DNA of 64,000 nt from Amoebophrya sp. A120. Lineage: Eukaryota; Protista; Dinoflagellata. A program made the translations under genes and the position numbers. This document shows positions 1 through 11,891 of the stretch, in pieces. Within the stretch, counting starts at the first letter, position 1. Each line of letters begins with the position of its first letter. The notes below the pieces were generated by a model. The model was not told where the DNA came from. It made no database searches and saw only the letters and a program-made list of their open reading frames with translations. Location: positions 8,516,882 to 8,580,881 of the forward strand of contig CAJINV010000004.1 in NCBI GenBank assembly GCA_905178155.1. Reading direction: 5' to 3'.

Positions 1-25
1 ACAGAATCCTCCGCCCCAGATCAGT

Positions 26-2882
26 CTATAACTGCGGAAAAACGCACTTAATCTCGATCGGCTCCCTCATAGGCTCCTTCTTTCGCCGCCGCTTTTCAAA
101 GACCGCCGTTGCCACGTCGAGCCAGGTCTGGTCTGCACGAAGGATGCCGGCGTCGTCTTGTGAGCCAGAAACGACTGCGGTGTTGGAAACCGCAGAAGTG
201 CTGATGGCAGTGTCCCCTCCTGCGACGGCAGCAGTTTCTTCGTCGGGGAGCAGCCTCTCCCGTACAAGCCTTCCTGAAACCGCGTCGAGCGACGTTATGC
301 AGTCGATAGCCATCGTCGCCTCGCCACAGGATGAATGCTTTATTTCCTGTTGTTCCAGTGAGTTGTCGTGTTCGTCGGAGGTCGTGCTGACGTCGGGAGA
401 AGCTGGCTCCTGCAGTTCCTCGACCAGAAACTTCACGTTCTCTGGCTTGAACACCCCCGGAGCTGGAAAAACGTGTTTCCACTCGAGGCCTTCGCAGTTG
501 TCTTTGCCCGTGACGATATCTTTCCACGCCGTATCCAGGAAAAAAACTGTGTAAGTGTAACTTTGTAGGTGTAGGAAGAGCAGCATCACAAATTCGTTTT
601 GCATCACACGGAAAACCTCTCATGCGCAGCTAGTACGTGGAAACGCGTATGATAGTAGCCTATGACGCACTTCCAGCATGACAAGTGTAACTGTTTTGCA
701 TTTTCTGCATCACAGATTTACACTTGCACAGTTTTTTTCTTGCATACGCTGTCGTCTTGGAGTACTCACGAATGATTTTGTGCACCAGTTTCAATTCGTC
801 GTAGAACTTGATAGCTTCGTCAGCGGTTTTGAAAGCCAGGTCCATCGTTTTCATGTCAGTGTCGTCAAATTCCTCATTATTTGCGAACAGCGTAAAACGC
901 ACAATGTGATAGATGTCATCGACGTCATCGAGATCGATCTCATCGTCTTCTTCAGCAGGTGAATGAGACTGCAGGATGCCGTGTTCAACAACCGCCCGCT
1001 TGACATCGTCCCAGTCCCAGTCATGGTGGTCGTCGCGGAAACTTGTATGGTCAATCTTGAGTTTATCCACCTAGAGAAACGCTTTTTTATTAATGCAGAT
1101 ACTGCAAGAAAAATGCCTAAAGTATTCGTCCGGCGTGGCCTGCGTGATTCCACTGCAACTTCTGCAATGGCAGATATACAAGTTAGTATAGTATCCAGAG
1201 TAATCCAGCGTTTTTCATCGTGGATACAGCTCTATCACCACACAGTAGGTGCCCTCGTATTTCCTCCGAAAAGTCAAAGCCGACGAATCAGTGTCCGCGC
1301 AAAACAGAATCGGCACGTCGTCGACCAAAAACGGGAACTCGGTCTCGTCGTTGAGATCGATGACGTTGTCGCGCGACGGGTCCTCTTCCGTCGCCACGAG
1401 ACTCGTTTTGACAAGGTTGCGCTCCGCGTCGCAAATAATGAAGCACCGCTGCACCGAGCCACGATACGGACACACCCTCAGGCACAGCGACCCTGCTGTA
1501 AGGAGCTTCGGAATATCTTCATCTAGTATAGAAAACTCGAGGTCGTCATGCTCACGTTCCCGCACTATCACTGTTGCTCTGTGACGAGAGGAAAAGCGCA
1601 GTTCAGGCAAAAATGGTGACTCGGGAAAAAGAAATTCATGCCGCACTATGCTTTGTGCGTCCAACAATCCCCCGGTCCATGCGACACCGTCCACCAACGA
1701 CGCAGGCCTCACAGGCTCTCGAAACCGGGCTCGCTTGTCAAAATTGTTTGGTGGTAGTTGAAGCTGCCTTTCCAGTTTTTCGACGACACCCACCATGAAC
1801 GCCGCCTCTGTTGTAGTTGCAAATTGTCGCATCACGCCTTCCAGCGTCTCAAAAACACTGATGAACTCAGCTGTCAGCCGTAGCTTCTGAGCTCGTGAAT
1901 TCAGTGGTAGACGCCCGGGTGCCGCGACACACAGTGCTGTTCCGTTCGCTATCTCCTGTCCGCCCATTTTCATCAGGCGAAAACTGATTCCCACCCCGCC
2001 TGCCCGGGTGACCGCGTCTGAGACGATGTTCGACGCGACGTCGTGTACGAGACATGGCACAATGCTATGCATCTGTTCTGTCATGCTGGTTTCCAAAGAC
2101 TCGAGTTTTGCTCGGGCGTCAACGATGCCGCCTAAGACCTTCCGTCTCCGCTCATGGCACTGCTCAACCCGTTCCGAAAATTCGCAGGCTTTTCGTGATG
2201 TCTCCAAAAGCGGGGCGGCAACCTGCTCGTATTCGTCCTCATGCGCCTCGTGCTTGTTGCTATCCGGTTGCGACTGCTGCTCCACGCGCTGCGGTGCCCC
2301 GTTCGCTCGCAAGCCTTGATGCGGCTCTGTTGTGCTGGAAATCGTGGTCTCCGTAACGGAAGATTTGCTTGTTGCGGTTTGATCTTTTGCAGATCCACTT
2401 GCGAGCATTGTTGAGTTGCGCGTTGATGCTTGCTCATCGCCCAGCAGCCCGATTTCTCTAGCGGCGTCTCGAAGCTCGCGACTCAGCTCGTCGTGGAGCT
2501 TCTCTGCGGAAAGGTCCGGCACGGTGGACAGTGTATCCCCTGGACGGAGAAAGATCACCGCAGGCTGTGTATCAAGATTTGCTTTTTCCCCAGAAGTACT
2601 TGCAGGAGAAAAGTCAGCACAGACCGACTCAGCCTTTTCTACGTCCAAGTTTTTCACCAGCTCCTCGTACTGTCTACTCTTTGGTGTCCACCCCAGTGCC
2701 TTCTCCAGCGCAGTACGCGTTACGCAGAGGGTCTGCTCCCGAATTTTGACGCAAAGCGGGTCAAGCTGGTGCGGCTGGATGATCGCTTCGGGAGAAGGCT
2801 TTGCGGCAGCGGCAGAAGATTGGCTGGGGGCTGCGGCAGCCGCTGGACATGTAGAACTCGTGGACGAGGAGGCCGCCAACAT
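26..2882 (-). CDS. Hypothetical protein, 'family X' paralog 1 (~820 aa, 3 exons)
   Basis: ORFs 1215..2903, 660..1070 and 26..607 join in frame after removing introners 1064-1226 (VIEL|KID) and 532-746 (KTTA|WKD), each plus 5 nt. Shares three motifs with the genes at 31.4-34.1 kb and 50.4-53.3 kb. Start taken as the first ATG (2882). Confidence 0.7.
532..746. mobile_element. Introner, family E
   Basis: TIRs TATCCAGGAAAAAAACTGTGTAAGTGTAA / TATGCAAGAAAAAAACTGTGCAAGTGTAA; flanks CGCCG/CGCTG; removal +5 nt restores frame. Confidence 0.85.
1064..1226. mobile_element. Introner, degenerate family E-like
   Basis: TIRs TATCCACCTAGAGAAACGCT / TATCCACGATGAAAAACGCT; flanks GAGTT/CAGCT; removal +5 nt restores frame. 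Confidence 0.7.
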
Positions 2883-4280
2883 CTTGGGACCAAACAGATT
2901 CAACGATGAAATATAAGTTGTGAAGATACGTCTTTATGGTTTTTTCAGCCTGGACTTATCATGCGACTACGAATTTTTTTTTTTGGAACTTCGCGGCACA
3001 ACAAATTGGAGTTTGGTAGTTTCGGACAGAAGATTACTTAAGGGTTATTATGATCCACGTCAACCATACGACGCAGTGAAATTTCAAGGAGATGAACGGC
3101 TGTAACGAAACGGAACGCGTCTGCGTCATCGCGAAAAAATTGACCTGATCTGCTTCCGAAGAAAGAAGAAGAAGAAGAAGATGAAGAACACTGCCTCCGC
3201 CTCTGCAAGAATAGACGCAGTGTCGGCGTCTTACGCACAACAACGGGCGCGATCTTTTTTTCACAGAAAAAAATGAGTCCTTGCTGTGATCTGTGTACTA
3301 CAGAAGCCACTACTTAGTGATGTTTAATTACGTAGGACCAGCTAGAGCAAGCGCTAGCGCTCTTGTGATGTACCACGAGCCACTCAGTCGTTGTTTTCCG
3401 CATTCGGAAGCTCAGGAAAGATGCACTGGATCTCGATGGGATCTTTCATGGATCGAAAACACTTTGCCTAGCTAAAACTAGCCTTTGTGCATAGGAGTTT
3501 TCGTTCGGTCGAGCAAAGAAGAATTGGTTCAGATATGTTGATTTCGTCATCGATGCACGTTTAGCTTTTTCGTAAAAATATACTAAACAGAGCCGAAAGC
3601 ATGCAAGAAAAAATTGATTCAGACCACGAGAAAATGAAATTCAAGCGCAGCATTTAATGCCATTCAATTTCAAAAGTCACTAATTCGGGGGAAGATACTC
3701 CAAAAATACATATCTCGCGTCGAGAGAAGTACTGTTCGAGAGAAGTACCGCCACTGTCTCTGAAATTGAAGGAGGACAAATGAGAATAACAATATCAGTA
3801 CGTGCTTATCGTTATCCCATCTACTTCCCATACTAGAGTCAGCCCTTTATTTTTAATTTCCACCTCTATGTATAATTTTTTGTTTTTCCTATATTTTTCA
3901 AAACAGTTGCCACCTGGCTGCTGAGGGGTCAGCATACTATATACTTACATATTGATCATCCTGGTCAGCTACACCGGACGGCAGGCGCAAAAAACGGACT
4001 CTCAACCGGCACCTAGAGGGTCTATGTTATTGAGGGTGAAGACCAGAGGACCTCGATCATTACCTTTACAGTATCTATAACAATATGCATGTGTACTAGA
4101 AGAGAAGTGCTTACTGTTACTTTTTCAAAAAGATAAACCCTGCTAAGTAGTGAGAAAGCTAATGCGAAAGCTAAAGCAAAGCCATGATCAAAAATGAAAA
4201 ACCATCCGCAAAATAGCAAAAAAATGGCTCCTGCGTACTTATAAAAACAGTTTGCGGTTTTATCTCGCGGCAGTGTCTAG

Positions 4281-7200
4281 CTATGCATCAGTCACAGTTC
4301 CAGTTTCTGGGGCCACCTGAAGATCCGACACCACCTCTACATCTGGCGCCACGACCACAACGCAGTTTATGGCGAACTCGTTAACCATGGCTGCGCCGGC
4401 GTCTTGCAGAAAATTCGCCGTGTATTGCTGCAAGATAACCGCTGTCCCGCCCGCGCCCCCGTCTGTAGCGGAAGTTATGTCGAGTACCTGACCCCTGCTG
4501 GTACCGTTTTTATTCCGTCGTGTCAGCGGGTCACTAGTACTTCCTGGAGCTGCGGCGCTGAGGAGAGCAGCTTCCACACGGAGTCGCCTATCTTCTTCTT
4601 GTGCTTTCCTGGAATTCGCTCCTCTTTGCGGTTTTGCTGTCGTTCGTGCCCCCGTGTCGCCCTTGTTTTTCCGCACGCCTTTCTGCACGACCTGCTGCTT
4701 CACTAGCTTTGCGACGATCTTGCGGCTGTCAAGCTGTTCCTCGCTTGCTGTTGGGAGCACCTCCCTTTCAACCCGCGCGATCAGTTTCTCCACCGCTTTT
4801 TTACCGCTTTCGTCGAAAAACGTCCCGTCAAAGGCTGATGCCGCTTTGAGCAGGCCGGCGCCGTCCTCGTCTCCGACCAACTCTATCAGCTCTTTCTGCA
4901 GCAAACTTGCAGGGACAGTCTATGGATTGCAAAAGTGTCTGGGTCTGGAAGATTGCGAGACCTGTCATGCTAGTCTGGCATGAGTTGAAGAAACTCTGTA
5001 GTGCAGGGGAGCGAAGAGGTCCCCTTGTCTGTCATGCAAAAACGCAGTTTATTCTCATGCGGGGTACGCAACGAAGACGAACTCTGAACCACGGAAAAAG
5101 AAAAACTTGTCATGCACATGCTGGGGTGAAGCGCACTGCAATGTGCTAAACACTCCCTTCCCTGCGTCACAAGTTTCCACACCCAGACATATTTGCATTT
5201 CATACAGTTCTAGTACTTTTGAGGTCTTTCATCCTGGCCAAAATTTTCTTGTATTTCTCGCGCACGAGCATGTTCCTTATGCCGTTTCCGACATCTCCGT
5301 TCGCCAGCAGGGCCCCGTGAAGGACAATATTGGGTCGTGGAACTGGCACACCTCGTAAAACCTCCACCGCCTCCCTGCTGAACAACCCACGCGGCATCAG
5401 GTTGTCGAGGAGGTACTCGTCCAGAACGGGCACCCGGCTCCCACCCGGCACGCGCAGCCACTGCTCTCGCATCGTCTCAGGGGTGAGCGCCCACGCGCGC
5501 TCATCTTCTGCCACTTCGAGAGCCGGGGCGGATTCAGGGGTGCTCATCGGCCCGTAGCGGTAAAAAGGCCCCTTGTCCTCGCGTTGGGTTCTTCTTCTAC
5601 CTCCGGGGCTGGGGGTCCGACTCTTTTTCCTTGTTTGTAGTTCCGACGGTTTCTTTGCTGCGTTGTTAGTACTTATACTCCGCGACTGCGCGGGAGGAGA
5701 GGGCGTACGTGGTCGGTCAGGACCTCTGCCATCATCAAGAACGGCGTGCAACTTGCCCTTGTCCCAGTCTGCCGGCTCCACCCAGGCGCGCTTCTGCTTG
5801 AGCCACGTCGTGCGCGAACCCCTCTCTTCGTTCGTTATTGCGTTTGCGAGGGGCGTGCTCAGCGCACTAGGAACCCACGCTAGGCCCCAGGTCGCGGAAA
5901 AGCTGGCGTTTTCGTAGACCCCGCCCGGAGTAGACTGCACCGCCGCTTGATGCGTCGTCGGTCTCTTGGGCCAGCCCCTCTCTTCGCCGCCCCACTCTTT
6001 CCAGGGCCCTTCCGTGGTGCGCAGATGCGTGCAAAACTCGGCCGCAACTTCGGCACCATTGAAGCGCGCCGTAGGCCTACTCTCTTCACTGGCTGGATCC
6101 ACTACAGGCCTCAAGTCCCGGACGAAAGGTTGCAAGACACTGTCACCCAGCTATGACAGTGCACAACTCCCCCTCCCCCTCATTTGTTATATTATATCCA
6201 AGTGCTGCTTATTTGTGGTACCGTTGGCATGACAGATTGAGATTCTTGAAGCCCAAAAAGAAGTACTTACATTACGCGCATGATGTTGTCATGCGCAGGC
6301 TCAATGTGCGCTGGTGGTTTTATTGCTGCTCGTGCAACACAAATGAGGGGGAGGGGGAGCTGTGCTCTCTCATAACAGCAGCGCATATCTATCCGTCGTC
6401 TTGCTCTTACTGTCGAGTACTGCGCTATGGTACGACGTAACAGGCATCGCCATCCTGGCCGCACGCTCCCAAATCAGGGTCAAATAGGGGCGCACGAAAG
6501 CGTGCTCCCCGTGATGTTCGGAGGGGAGCGAGAAAAACTTTTGCGCCTTTTTTCGGAAGTCTTTGTCAGAAACTGTCACTTTCATGGCGAGCCCTATCTT
6601 GGCAGGTTCTAATTTGCCACTAGGATCCGTCGCAATGGTTGGCAAAACCTACATATCAACTGCAAAAATGTCTGGGTCTGGAAGAGTGGCAGAATTGTCA
6701 TGCAGGTTTTCCATGACCCATGAGGTCTGGTACGTAGGACATACTAGCATGACAAATTCTGTGAGAGTTCTATCATGCCCTTCCTGCATGAGAAACTCCC
6801 TCTCGATTAGGTCAAAAGTGGACAGCTTTTGGCCATCACGCAACACAGATTTTATACATGATTCAGATTTAGCATGACAAGTTGCTTTGTTCCAGACCCA
6901 GATATTTTTGCATTTGATACTCCATCGCAAACTTCCTTTTGGACTCCTTGGGGAAGAGGCGGAGGCTATCGTGAGGGAAAATGTCCCCTCCCCATATCGT
7001 GACGGAGTTTCTGACGCTGGAGTTCCGTACACAAATGCGCGCGGCCTTGCAGCAAGGCATCGCAGCCAGATCCTCAGCCTAGGTAGGGGCGTTCGGGTTT
7101 GGGTCTACGTCTAGTTGCTCAGAATTGCAAACGGCTGCCCCCTAGGCCCACCAGCATGCCAAATCGCTTCCATAATGGCCCGGAAGGCTGTGCACTTGTC

Positions 7201-9626
7201 TTCCTGCAAGACAGACGCGATTTGTGGTCTCAAATCAGCAACACAAATTTTCGGAATCATGCCGTTTCGATATGGGGAGACGGGATTTTTCCTTGTGATA
7301 GAAGCTGCGGTCGAGAAAAACTGCCTGCAGCGCGAACAGGGGGAGCGACTTTTCCTCGTTTACTTTCTCCATTAGCCGGTCGGTGGTTCTTTCGCCGCCG
7401 AGTTGCACCGCCACGAAAGGAAGTTGCTGCCGTTCGCGCACCGTCGCCCCTGCGCTCGCGAGGCCTTTGGACCCGCCCACGATTCCCAGCACCTGCAGGA
7501 AGAGCGCCACCTTCGAAGCGTCGCCAGGTGCGCGTAACGCGAGCAGGAGATAGCGCTCGGGCCCTTTGTCGGTATCGACCACGAGGGGTAGGTGGCCAAA
7601 AGCAGCGTTGCGGTGCTGAAACGTGAACAGGAAATCGGTCAACAGCTTTTCAAACCGTTTTTGCTGTTGCTCTGCTTGCTGCTGTTGCTCCACCCGGGCC
7701 ATTATCAAATGTAAAAATGTCTGGGTCTGGAAGGTTAGAACTTGTCATGCTAAATCTGAATGATGCAAAAATCTGTGTTGCGCGAGTACCAAAAGCTGTC
7801 CGCTTTTGACCAAGTTGAGAGGGAGTTTCTCATGCAGGAAAGGCATGATAGAGACCTCAAAAAATCTGTCATGCTGGGTCTCGCATTCCAGACCTCATGG
7901 GTCATGGAAAACCTGCATCACAAGTCTTGCATTCTTCCAGACCCAGACATTTTTACATTTGATAGCCATGGCCAGCACCCAGGTGTCGAGCTCGGTTTCG
8001 AACAGTTTTTCCATCTTGTCGAGCTTCGAGAGTGCGCGTTTTCTCGTTTCCTTATTCTGCTGCAGCCGCGAGTCCCGTTCCAGCGGGTGGTATCAACTGC
8101 AAATATGTCGGGCTCGGCAAATAATTTGTGGTGCTGCTAGTCACGTCGCACCAGTGTTGTAGCTACTCAATACCCGCTTGATGTACGGCATCACAGCATC
8201 AGCAGTTTAATATTTCCGAGGCTTGTTGTACTACTTATCGCAAATTCATATGGTAAAACGCAGGACAGATAAAACTCAGTTTCACAACAGAAAAGCAGCG
8301 AAAGAAAACCTCGGAAGTGCATCTCAGATCACCATTTTGGTAATTCTTTCAAATCTCGCGTCTTCACAGACGAATGCAGAGGACCACCCAGACGTATTTG
8401 CAATGCGTAGGAAAAGTATTTTCTCGACGCGGTGCTCAAACCCATCCGGATCCCATTTCTTGTCCGTCACACCGTGAATTCTGCGTGCGCGGTAGATGAG
8501 CGCCAGCGACCGAGGCGGCGGTTTATTATTTTCGTCGGGCTCCAGAACCTCCTGCATGAAGCTCTCAATGTTCGCATCCTGATCCTCTTCCTCATCTGCT
8601 TGTGATCCACCACCTCGTCGTTTTTCCCTTTGTGCTGCTTCAACAACATCCCGGCGACCGGAGGTCCAAATCGCCAGCATACGTTTTCCTGCCCGCAGAT
8701 GCCCCCGCGCGGTTCTATCAAATGTAAAAATGTCTGGGTCTGGAAGCTTGCCAGGTTTGTGATGCATATTTTGGAAGACTCATGATGTCTGTGACGCATG
8801 CTCTAGCATGACAGATTTTTCGAGGCCTTTGTGATGCCTTTACCGCATGAGAAATGCCCTCTCCACGTAGCACAAACTGGAGTCCTTTTGCTGGTCATGC
8901 AATACAAATTTTTTTAGAATTCAGAGACAGCATTACAAGTTTAGAATCTTCCAGACCCAGACATTTTTACATTTGATAGGTTCGGTACTGTTGCAACAGC
9001 TCCCGCAACGGTGCCTCCAAGGTGCTGATGCGCTCCCGCCATCTTTTCTGGGTGTCGCTCACGTGCCTGTGCTGCTCGTTCCCACCTCCGTGCGGGCAGT
9101 GGGGGCAGGGTCTTTTGCCTTTGCACGCCGGGAGCTGGCAGCGACACGCGGCCTCATACGTGTGCCGGGTGTCGATGGCGGTCTTCAACTTTACGAGCAC
9201 GTTCCGGGGGTGGTGAAGTTGCGGTTTATTCTGGAGCTGGTTTTTTCTCGCCATGATTTCCAGCTCTTTTTCTACCGTGCGTTCCAATTTCCGCAAGTCC
9301 GCAAGAACTTCATCGGTCACGAACCTTTGCACGCGGCCCGGGGGTACTGGAGCTGCGCTTTTCTCTTCATCCGCAAGAAAAGTCAGTTGCTCCGTCGGAT
9401 TCGCTTTGTCGAGTACCTGCTTGTGGAACCGCTCGGCAAGATTGGCCACCTCTTGGATCGCGTTCAAGCCGGCGTTGTCGCCTGCCCATTCCGACTGGCT
9501 CTGTTCCAATTGGCCGAGCGCGGCTTCTGTCGCCTGTTCCAGCTTTCTCCAAGAATCGGAATTATCGCCACCAGGTATCCTGTGTGAAAACGTCCCCACG
9601 TCGCCAGATTTGTCATGCTCATTCAA
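4281..9626 (-). CDS. Hypothetical protein (~1119 aa, 8 exons, 7 introners); Cys/His cluster near N-terminus
   Basis: 5346-nt span minus seven elements (+5 nt each, 1986 nt total) = 3360 nt = 1120 codons. Every junction is in frame with ORFs 8967..9626, 8324..8767, 7235..7708, 6370..6645, 5200..6135 and 4281..4904. Contains CRCQLPACKGKRPCPHCPH. Confidence 0.75.
4921..5204. mobile_element. Introner, family A
   Basis: TIRs TATGGATTGCAAAAGTGTCTGGGTCTGGAA / TATGAAATGCAAATATGTCTGGGTGTGGAA; flanks CAGTC/CAGTT. Confidence 0.9.
6152..6374. mobile_element. Introner, family B
   Basis: ~35-bp TIR TATGACAGTGCACAACTCCCCCTCCCCCTCATTTG; flanks CCAGC/ACAGC. Confidence 0.9.
6654..6919. mobile_element. Introner, family A (reverse orientation relative to 7703)
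   Basis: TIR TATCAA(C/A)TGCAAAAAT(G/A)TCTGGGTCTGGAA; flanks CTACA/CTCCA. Confidence 0.9.
6967..7300. mobile_element. Introner, family C
   Basis: TIRs TATCGTGAGGGAAAATGTCCCCTCCCCATATCG / TATCACAAGGAAAAATCCCGTCTCCCCATATCG; flanks GAGGC/GAAGC; frame restored (DRSF|LRLFP). Confidence 0.8.
7703..7964. mobile_element. Introner, family A
   Basis: TIR TATCAAATGTAAAAATGTCTGGGTCTGGAAG; perfect DR GCCAT/GCCAT. Confidence 0.95.
8091..8409. mobile_element. Degenerate introner, family A-like
   Basis: Eroded TIRs TATCAACTGCAAATATGTCGGG / TACGCATTGCAAATACGTCTGGG; DR eroded (GGTGG/GGAAA); removal +5 nt gives KILF|PLERD in frame. Confidence 0.65.
8716..8978. mobile_element. Introner, family A
   Basis: TIR TATCAAATGTAAAAATGTCTGGGTCTGGAAG; perfect DR GGTTC/GGTTC. 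Confidence 0.95.
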
Positions 9627-9820
9627 ATTATATGCAAGCCTAACATTGTACTAAATGTTTCCTATCCGCCGCCGCCCCATGAGCAGTGAGAGCGAGCGCG
9701 TCGTGCTAAGATCGCGATAAAATCACTGATTCGAGAATTATGCTGCTATCATGACGGAAGTTGAAGCTGACTACACTGCGAGCGTAAAGTTATTGCCATG
9801 TTCAACAATTCTGATCTTGA

Positions 9821-10243
9821 CTAGTATACTGGGTAGTTGGTGACGTTGTTACTCAGGATAGTACCGCTGGACGGCTCTTGAAAGTCCCGCTCATGATTCG
9901 CAATCAAGGTGCCTGCTCTAGAGCCACTACGACTTCTTCTCTTTCCACGACCACCTGAAGCAGAAGTCTCTCGAAGATCAAAATACCCAGCCGCTCGCAA
10001 CGCCTCTTTGTTTTCCCGTTTCGCTCGCTGGTATTGCTCCGCCAGCTCGTCGCAGGTCTGGTTTGCGGCGGTCGCAACTGGACCACGTGGTCCTGGGTAC
10101 GATGGTGACGCAGCGACAAGCACTCCAATCGGAGGAGCAATTGCGAGACCAAGGAGGAGGAAGAGAGCCTGGTTATGACAGAACATGTGCTTCAGTATCA
10201 GTAGAGCCGCGGGTCGGCAGCTGGTGCATAAACGTTTCGTCAT
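9821..10243 (-). CDS. Possible small secreted hypothetical protein
   Basis: 140-aa ORF with a hydrophobic stretch (ALFLLLGLAIAPPIGVLVAA) after an internal Met; co-oriented with neighbours; no recognisable domain. Confidence 0.3.
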   Translation of the reverse strand: MTKRLCTSCRPAALLILKHMFCHNQALFLLLGLAIAPPIGVLVAASPSYPGPRGPVATAANQTCDELAEQYQRAKRENKEALRAAGYFDLRETSASGGRGKRRSRSGSRAGTLIANHERDFQEPSSGTILSNNVTNYPVY

Positions 10244-11119
10244 CTTCTTCGTGTGGATTAGGATTTGTTAATATCGGCGAAAGAAATAAATTGGTTGATA
10301 TGACGTCAGCTGCACAAGAACGGTGATCTTCACAACAAAATGCGTACTTGCTTTTAATTCTTCGTTCTGGTACGGCGTCGAGATGAAATCTTTCTTTTTG
10401 CAAAATAAAACTATGTTGTAATTACGGTCTGCGGTTTTTTCGTCCTCCTCCAAAACAAACTCAAGCACAAGTGCGACGTTGAAAAGAAGGAAATGGATAG
10501 AACGGTATAGGGCAATTATATTTCAATGAAGTACTATTTTTGCACGCGTCGCCGGAAATAAAACGCGTCTACGGGCGAGTACGATGTACTACTACTCACT
10601 GCTAACGCTAATTATCTTTGTCAGTCTAATCCACTCCAAACTACAGAGCTGGATGGAAATTCTTCCCGAGTAAAAAGCTATGCTGTGCTGTCCTGTAAGA
10701 CTGAGAATGAGAACAAGTAGGGCGTAATAGTTTCTTTATTTATGTAAAGCAACCTCTCTTGCTACCTCGTCTCTTGCTACAGGCATTTGTGTGAAGCAAG
10801 ATTTTTTCAACTTGATTTGTTTTCACGAAAAATCGTAAAAATCCCTAATCAGTACTAGCCCCTTAGGCGCCGGCGTCCAGGACGCCGGCTGGGGCTAGTA
10901 GTTCTGTTTTAACTTTAAGCGCCCAGGCCTCACTCTCTTCGGCGCAGCTAGCGTGCCGGCGCCCAGGACGCCGGCACGGAGTCCTCCTTTTTTCGCGCGC
11001 CCAAAAACCACCAATAGCCTAGAGCCGCCAGCCGCGCGCCCACCTCAGTGCCTAGAGCTGGGCCCTAGAAGCGGCGGCCACTAGCTCTTGGTCCTCACGC
11101 TTTCGCCCGTGCAATTCAA

Positions 11120-11891
11120 AATGATGGCCACTGGTAGTAGCCAGCACCCCTCGCCATCACCTCTGGCCATCACTTTGCCAGCGCGAAAAAGTCACGGCAA
11201 AAAGTGGCGCGCGACCAGAAGCTATTGGCCATGCATCCATCGCGCCTCAGGCCGGGCAAGGTGGTCGGAGGTGGTCGCCCGCCCCAGGCCGGGCAAGGTG
11301 GTCGTCCTTTGCCATCACTTTTTGGTCGGCCAAAAGTGATGGCCAAAAGTAGTCCCCTGGCCATCACGTTTGGCCATCACTTTCTGGTCGGCCAAAAGTG
11401 ATGGCCAAGAGCCCCTTGGCCATCACATTTGGCCATCGCTTTCTGGTCTGCCAAAAGTGATGGTCAAGACGTCTTTGGCCATCACATTTTTCTGGCCATC
11501 ACTTTCTGGTCGGCCAAAAGTGATGGCCAGGACGTCCCTGGCCATCACTTTTTCGCCGGCCAAGAGTGATGGCCAAAAGTCCCTTGGCCATCACATTCGG
11601 CCATCGCTTTCTGGTCGGCCAAAAGTGATGGCCAAGACGTCCGCGGCCATCACTTTTGCCCATCACTTTTTCTTTCTGGTCGGCCAAAAGTGATGGCCAA
11701 GACGTCCCAGGCCCTCACTTTTCGCCATCACTTTTTGGTCGGCCAGAAGTGATGGAATCCCTTGGCCATCACATTTGGCCATCGCTTTCTGGTCGGCCAA
11801 AAGTGATGGCCATGAGCAAGACGTCCGTGGCCATCACATTTGGCCATCACTTTCTCTCTTAAGGAGCTCTCTTAGGGAGCTCTCTTAAGAG
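11120..11891. repeat. Array of alternating inverted short units (GGCCATCACTTT / AAAAGTGATGGCC)
   Basis: Many copies of TGGCCATCAC and its reverse complement, forming hairpins such as GGCCATCACTTT-CTGGTCGGCC-AAAAGTGATGGCC; ends in palindromic CTCTTAAGGAGCTCTCTTAGGGAGCTCTCTTAAGAG. Confidence 0.9.

Noticed and set aside
4920-6375. Alternative model of a 3-bp TSD with CTA...TAG termini
   Set aside because: It fits the first two elements but fails at 6654 (in-frame stop), and 15 copies show perfect 5-bp repeats outside TA...TA
11120-11891. CRISPR-like repeat-spacer array
   Set aside because: The linkers are short, reused and of irregular length, and the repeats alternate in orientation
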